A stretch of DNA of 12,339 bases from Candidatus Thorarchaeota archaeon. Its GTDB lineage: Archaea > Asgardarchaeota > Thorarchaeia > Thorarchaeales > Thorarchaeaceae. A model generated the notes under the pieces. It saw only the letters and a list, made by a program, of their open reading frames with translations. It was not told the DNA's origin and made no database searches. Numbering within the stretch: the first letter of the stretch is position 1; each line of letters starts with the position of its first letter. Below, piece after piece: positions 7,753 through 12,339 of the stretch. The position numbers were made by a program, and so were the translations under genes. Where the stretch lies: assembly GCA_029858305.1 (NCBI GenBank), contig JAOUFI010000066.1, forward strand, positions 1-12,339, in the 5' to 3' direction.

Positions 7753-9888
7753 TTAGATCCAATCGCCAGTGTTAAGCTTTCTCGGTAGATACTCATCAGT
7801 AAGATACTGGAACGAGTGGCTAGCAAATGCCTGTATCTCTGCCTTCTCCTTCATTTTGAGCATCAACTGGAGATCCTCTACCCATGGCTTGTTCTGTTGC
7901 ACAAATGGCTCTTTCAGCATATCCTTGACACGCTTAACGTCAGCAGGTGTCATTGGGATTCTAACGGCTTTCGGAATCTTGTATTCGTCTAGATCCCTGG
8001 TTAAGACTCCAAGCAGTTTGAGTTCAGGAGTGGCGATGAAAGGTGACTCATAACTGAGCCTCTTGCTTCCTCTTAGGAACACTGAATAAATATAGTGTCC
8101 GTATGGGTCGGAGTCAACCAGAGCAAATGCTGGGATCTCTAGCTCTTTCACTAGCATCTTTAGAAATGCCCTTGTGGCAATATCACCTGAGCCTTTCCCT
8201 GTGATGACAATGCACGGTTGACGATTCCAGTACTTCGCCTCTGCTAACCTCATGACAGCGGCATCCTTCTCTGAGAGAAGGATGAATTCGGCATCACTTT
8301 CAACGATTTCTAGCTGGTCAAGGAATGGAGTAACAGCCCAACCACCAGTACCCATCTTTGTGAGATCAATTAGGTCTCCACCATCTCGTATTGTGACTCT
8401 ACCCATCGCTGAGCCACGTGCAGAGGCAACGATATGAACGCTATCACGAGTTGTCTGTAGCATAGAGGCTACGTCTTCGACAATCTTGTCGCTATACTTC
8501 TGATCTCTGAAGAGGTTCACATCGCTATAATAGACCTCTCTTTTTGTTGCATGCAAATTGGCTTTTAGTAGATTGTAGACAATCTCCATGACTCGAGCTG
8601 TTCGTGTCGCATCGACTACTGAGGCCAGGGAATGATAAGGACGCGAAATTGTTCGCATACCAAGGAGGAGTAAATCACGTACTTCATCCCAAACTATGTT
8701 ATCTCCAGATCGGCTTGGAATCTCAAACGCTGGTCTACCAGTCGTCATAGTTTCATTGAGAATATCCAGAGCAGCTTCAACCAGTCGCTCAGTTGTATCA
8801 TCAGCCGTTAGATTGATGACCTCGACCGTTTCAGCTGGTCCTTCAGCACCTTCTACTTTCGGTTCTTTAGCCCTTTCCTCGGCTGCAATCCAGTTTTGCT
8901 TCATCTCAGCAGCAAGCTTGACAATTGCTGGAGAAACTTTCAGATTAGACTTCTTTTTCACTGGCTTTGGTTTCTTCTTGGGAGGTGCAGCAGCTTTTTT
9001 GGGTGGTTTCTTTACAGGAGCTTCCACCTTTTTCTCCTTCTTCTTGGAAGGTTTTCTCTTAGCTTTCTTTATTGGCTCTGTAGAAGGTTCCACGGGAGTT
9101 TCTTTCTCCTTTGTATCTGTCTTTGTATCTACTTTTTTCGCAGCAATGACCGTTGATGGTTCACCAATAACTCTCTCAATCTCCTGATCACGTTCAATTT
9201 CCTTTGCAGAATCAACTAACTTTGTGGCGCTCGCTATACTAAGTCCATCTACCTTCGCTGCTACAGCATCAGGTCGAGACCGTGAAAGACGGGCTACTGA
9301 GGTGTATCCAGCTCTCTCAAGAGACAGAGCTAGTTTTGCACCCACACCCGGAATGTCAGTCAGCTTAAGCATAGGTTGCATAATCTCATCTGCGATTTCT
9401 TCATCCTGAGGTATCTCTTCCTTGGGTTCACTTTCTGACTTAATTTTTCGAAGCAGATCCTTCGCAGCAGCAGTTAGATTACTAGCTCCTACTTTGCTCA
9501 AACCATCAACTCTCTTTGAAATTGCGTCAGGTCGCGCACGAGAGAGCTGCTCCACGGAAATGTAACCAGCTGCGATGAGCTTTTGTGCAAGTTTTGGACC
9601 AACTCCTGGAAGTGTCTGTAATGGAATCTCCGAGGAGGCATCTGACATTGGCGAAGTTTCTATTTTGGGTTTAGGTTTTTCTGACGACTTTGCCTTGCTC
9701 GGTTTAGTATCTTTTTTGGGAGTCTTTCTCTTCTTAGGAGATGATTTTGCTTTTTTCGTAAGTTTTGATTCATCCTTCTTCTTGGGAGCGGGTTTCTTCT
9801 TTGGTTCTGATTTGACTAGCTCTCCAAGAGTTTCCTGGATGATTTCAGGCTTTTTCTTTGATTTCTTTTTTTCACTCAAGAATATCAA
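7753..9888 (-). CDS. top6A: DNA topoisomerase VI subunit A (Spo11 family) with long N-terminal extension (2x HhH domain plus Lys-rich tracts)
   Basis: C-terminal ~355 aa has 5Y-CAP TKREVYY (presumed catalytic Tyr454, 8527-8529), TOPRIM SEKDAA, ITGKG, LVDSDPYG (DxD) and KAEIQA. It overlaps or abuts top6B. Start is TTG 9888, or TTG 9879 (GGGGGTTGA SD-like upstream). Confidence 0.96.
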   Translation of the reverse strand: MIFLSEKKKSKKKPEIIQETLGELVKSEPKKKPAPKKKDESKLTKKAKSSPKKRKTPKKDTKPSKAKSSEKPKPKIETSPMSDASSEIPLQTLPGVGPKLAQKLIAAGYISVEQLSRARPDAISKRVDGLSKVGASNLTAAAKDLLRKIKSESEPKEEIPQDEEIADEIMQPMLKLTDIPGVGAKLALSLERAGYTSVARLSRSRPDAVAAKVDGLSIASATKLVDSAKEIERDQEIERVIGEPSTVIAAKKVDTKTDTKEKETPVEPSTEPIKKAKRKPSKKKEKKVEAPVKKPPKKAAAPPKKKPKPVKKKSNLKVSPAIVKLAAEMKQNWIAAEERAKEPKVEGAEGPAETVEVINLTADDTTERLVEAALDILNETMTTGRPAFEIPSRSGDNIVWDEVRDLLLLGMRTISRPYHSLASVVDATRTARVMEIVYNLLKANLHATKREVYYSDVNLFRDQKYSDKIVEDVASMLQTTRDSVHIVASARGSAMGRVTIRDGGDLIDLTKMGTGGWAVTPFLDQLEIVESDAEFILLSEKDAAVMRLAEAKYWNRQPCIVITGKGSGDIATRAFLKMLVKELEIPAFALVDSDPYGHYIYSVFLRGSKRLSYESPFIATPELKLLGVLTRDLDEYKIPKAVRIPMTPADVKRVKDMLKEPFVQQNKPWVEDLQLMLKMKEKAEIQAFASHSFQYLTDEYLPRKLNTGDWI

Positions 9889-11903
9889 CCCCCAATATCA
9901 TTGAAATCCATATCATCCGAGCTAGGATCTGCAATGAGCTCAGCTTCCTCAGTTTCTGCTTCAGACTCTTCGTCTTCTTCTGATGTTTCAAATCCTGAAA
10001 TTGAATCACGAATCCGGCTAGCTATTGTTTCGGCATCAAAGAGAGATTTCTTCTTTGCATCATTTGCAATAAATACCAGACTCTCAGCAAATTGATCAGC
10101 ATACATAGCTAGGATACCGGCTCGCTTTGCCTTACGACGGTCGGTTTCTCTTCTTGTAATGAAGCGTCGGAATTTCCGTCCAGCATCCTCAAGAGCAAGT
10201 TTGATTTCGCGGAGAAGCACCTCATCTTCTGCGAGAGCTTGCTTTGATTGACCTTTAAACATGACATGTACATAAGCTCCGCAAACATGGATGAAGACCA
10301 TTATCGGCCCACGAGGTATTCCATTATCGAAAGTTTGAACCTTGTAATTCCTCCAATTCACGAGTGTTGAGGCTTTCCATGTAGCACAGTCACTGTTATC
10401 CCTGAGTTTGGGCACCCTATTAACGAAACGCCATAACACCATAGGAGCTGAGGTCGCAGGCTTGATCTCGCCACCATATGCAATACATACCTCAATGGCA
10501 AATGAGAGGCCTTTCCCTGATGTGGGCTTCCTAGTTACAGCTGCTGTGAAGTCCGGTTTGTAAGCAAGTTGAATAGTTTGCTCAAAGATTTCTTCTCCTA
10601 CTGTAACAACAGTATCTGTAGGTGGAGCAATATAATCCTCATTTGAGAAGGCTCGGTAGAGTAACTCCACTTCAGTTTTTGAAAGAGAATCTGCTGGTGT
10701 CTGAAGTGTGATTGGTTCCAGATGTCGTCTACGAAGTTCCTTACTAGCTTCATTAACAATATTCTTCGCCTTATTCGGGCTAAGCCGGCAGAAGGCTTTT
10801 GTCAGGAATCCACGGAGATCTGACTCTGGAGTTTCTCTCAATAAATCCTGAAACTCACCGATTCTAATACTAGCAGGATGAGGTTGAGCATATTTGGGTT
10901 CATCAGGGAAGACAGATACTCTGCGCGGAAATATACGAACCTCTCCATATGGGTCGATGAAGATTATTGTAACATGTGAATTCAGGAGAGATGCCATCTC
11001 TGCGTAAATATCAGAGTATCCTCGGCGATATTGGATATTCAAATAGTATAACCTGATGTAAGTACCGTGGTTGAATGGCAAATCCATATCAATTGGACCG
11101 CCCACATAATCCTTAGTGTTTGCAGTTGTTGTATAGAAACTACTGACTGTAGCGGAATCTGATGTGAAACGTTTGGTAATTGAGAATATAGGCTTACCAG
11201 TTGTGTTCTGAGCATCACTGAATGCTGATGGCGCACCAAAGCCTTGACTTCCTCTTGTCTGTCGCAATTTTTCAGATTTGCTTGATGCAAGATACATACC
11301 AAACTTCGCAAGGTCAGCAGGGACCATACCCACACCTGTATCGAAGCACGTGAATTCGTAGACTTTGAACCCTTCTTCATCGTCTATTGGCACCAGGTCA
11401 GGCATCTGAACCTCCGTCAATTGCATGACAACCAAAGGTTCACGTTTGTTGAGAAGAGTTCGTAGAGGTGTCACGAATTTCCGGAATTCAGTAATCCGTT
11501 CCTCAAGGGTTTCTTTCTTTCGTGGAGGTAGCTCTACTTCTTTTCCAGCCCTAATATCTCGTTCAAGTTGCTTACTTAGAGCGATTGTATCAATCTGACC
11601 CTCAGATAGTTTCTTCTTAATTTCCTCAACAACTTCAGGTTCCAGTTGATCAGAGAGACGTGGACGTCGTTTTGTTTTCCACCACCATGACTCAAGGGCA
11701 TCAATGGCATTATCGAGAAATTCAATGGCATACTGAGTATGCTTGTTCAGTCCCGTTTCAAAACCAACCAACTGAGTTCTCTTTCGCATGAATTTTGCGA
11801 TCGTTCCTTGTTTGATGTCACCTGAACTTGTGACTGGATTTGTCATCGGAGTTGCTTTTGGTTTTGATTCATTGTCTGGACTGGAATTTTCATCGGGCCT
11901 CAA
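9885..11903 (-). CDS. top6B: DNA topoisomerase VI subunit B (GHKL ATPase, H2TH and transducer domains)
   Basis: N-box EFLDNAIDA, G1 DTGVGM, lid SSK..RQTRGSQGFG, HGT, transducer RFVNRVP, WRNY (WxxY) and switch-Lys region FKGQSKQALAE. SD GGAGTGA (11910-11916 minus) lies 6 nt before the TTG start. Confidence 0.95.
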   Translation of the reverse strand: MRPDENSSPDNESKPKATPMTNPVTSSGDIKQGTIAKFMRKRTQLVGFETGLNKHTQYAIEFLDNAIDALESWWWKTKRRPRLSDQLEPEVVEEIKKKLSEGQIDTIALSKQLERDIRAGKEVELPPRKKETLEERITEFRKFVTPLRTLLNKREPLVVMQLTEVQMPDLVPIDDEEGFKVYEFTCFDTGVGMVPADLAKFGMYLASSKSEKLRQTRGSQGFGAPSAFSDAQNTTGKPIFSITKRFTSDSATVSSFYTTTANTKDYVGGPIDMDLPFNHGTYIRLYYLNIQYRRGYSDIYAEMASLLNSHVTIIFIDPYGEVRIFPRRVSVFPDEPKYAQPHPASIRIGEFQDLLRETPESDLRGFLTKAFCRLSPNKAKNIVNEASKELRRRHLEPITLQTPADSLSKTEVELLYRAFSNEDYIAPPTDTVVTVGEEIFEQTIQLAYKPDFTAAVTRKPTSGKGLSFAIEVCIAYGGEIKPATSAPMVLWRFVNRVPKLRDNSDCATWKASTLVNWRNYKVQTFDNGIPRGPIMVFIHVCGAYVHVMFKGQSKQALAEDEVLLREIKLALEDAGRKFRRFITRRETDRRKAKRAGILAMYADQFAESLVFIANDAKKKSLFDAETIASRIRDSISGFETSEEDEESEAETEEAELIADPSSDDMDFNDIGG

Positions 11904-12252
11904 TTTGTATCACTCCATAGAGGTTTGGTAGTATCTTAGTCTACATCCGAATGTGCATTCTGTTGATAATCTTTCCCTACTTCAATGTGCTTTGCGCGTG
12001 TGTCTGTGGTGTCGGAGTGATTTCTATTGCATATTATTCTTTTCCGTTGCTAACCCTCGCAAAACGCTCCTTCTATGCTATAATCCAATTATAGACGTGT
12101 ATTTTCATCATTCCTTTCTCTATGCGTCATACTATAGTCTATCTGATGAAAACCTCAAAGAATAGTGGCACTGATAATTACTAAGATCATGTGTTCTAGT
12201 ATTTTCAGAAAAGAAAGACGTTTATGAGTAGAGATTTGGAAATAGAAGGACA

Positions 12253-12339
12253 ATGACACCTCAGAGTATTCGCGCAATTGGTATACCTAATTTACCCGCT
12301 ATTAAGGCGGGGGATGATATTTCAAAGCATATTATGACT
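12253..12339 (+). CDS. cofE: Probable coenzyme F420-0:L-glutamate ligase, N-terminus only (3'-truncated); absent from the ORF track
   Basis: ATG 12253 gives MTPQSIRAIGIPNLPAIKAGDDISKHIMT, open to the window end. It matches the CofE N-terminal pattern LPxIxxGDD[LI]. Only 29 aa are visible. Confidence 0.7.
   Translation, partial: MTPQSIRAIGIPNLPAIKAGDDISKHIMT

Noticed and set aside
8696-9904. Plus-strand ORFs 8696-9187, 8896-9156, 9224-9409 and 9575-9904 (Phe/Gly/Leu-rich, membrane-like)
   Set aside because: Antisense shadows of the Lys/Pro-rich top6A codons (AAA/AAG read as TTT/CTT); no independent evidence.
9981-9995. GFETS in the Top6B tail resembling RadA's GFETA / BRC-like FxxA motif
   Set aside because: It lacks the key Ala, it is only a 4-residue match, and GFET also occurs at the Top6B N-terminus; too weak to claim RadA binding.
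11439-11687. Intein as the explanation for the Top6B insertion (also considered for RadA)
   Set aside because: No Cys/Ser...His-Asn splice junctions, too short, and the RadA ATPase core is uninterrupted.
11953-12165. 70-aa plus-strand ORF in the top6B/cofE intergenic region
   Set aside because: GTG start with no SD, atypical composition and no recognisable motif; more likely promoter DNA.
12224-12256. 10-codon uORF MSRDLEIEGQ whose TGA overlaps the cofE ATG
   Set aside because: Short ORFs like this are frequent by chance; no SD or informative residue bias.
1-12339. CRISPR arrays, IS elements, tRNA/rRNA genes, defence systems
   Set aside because: No periodic DNA repeats, terminal inverted repeats, transposase/integrase motifs or GC-rich structured-RNA segments seen; the window is almost entirely protein-coding.

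Overview
An archaeal chromosomal window with no mobile element, CRISPR array or RNA gene detected. An Asgard origin (possibly Thorarchaeia-like) is inferred from a stand-alone Roadblock/LC7 gene, a Rad51-like RadA and a very Spo11-like Top6A. Gene order: partial membrane protein (+), purA (-), geranylgeranyl reductase (+), radA (-), Roadblock/LC7 (-), PAP2-like membrane protein (+), Zn-ribbon/acidic linker/helical-repeat protein (+), amidohydrolase (-), top6A (-), top6B (-), partial cofE (+). The most unusual feature is the topoisomerase VI. Its ~710-aa A subunit (Spo11 homologue) has a ~350-aa N-terminal extension with two tandem RadA/Rad51-NTD-like HhH domains flanked by histone-H1-like Lys/Pro-rich tracts. 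Its B subunit has a ~80-aa insertion in the GHKL domain and an acidic tail. Second is an uncharacterised protein with paired LSW[DE]EG and HLFPE motifs ahead of three 54-aa TPR/MIT-like repeats. All family comparisons are from remembered motifs; no searches were run.
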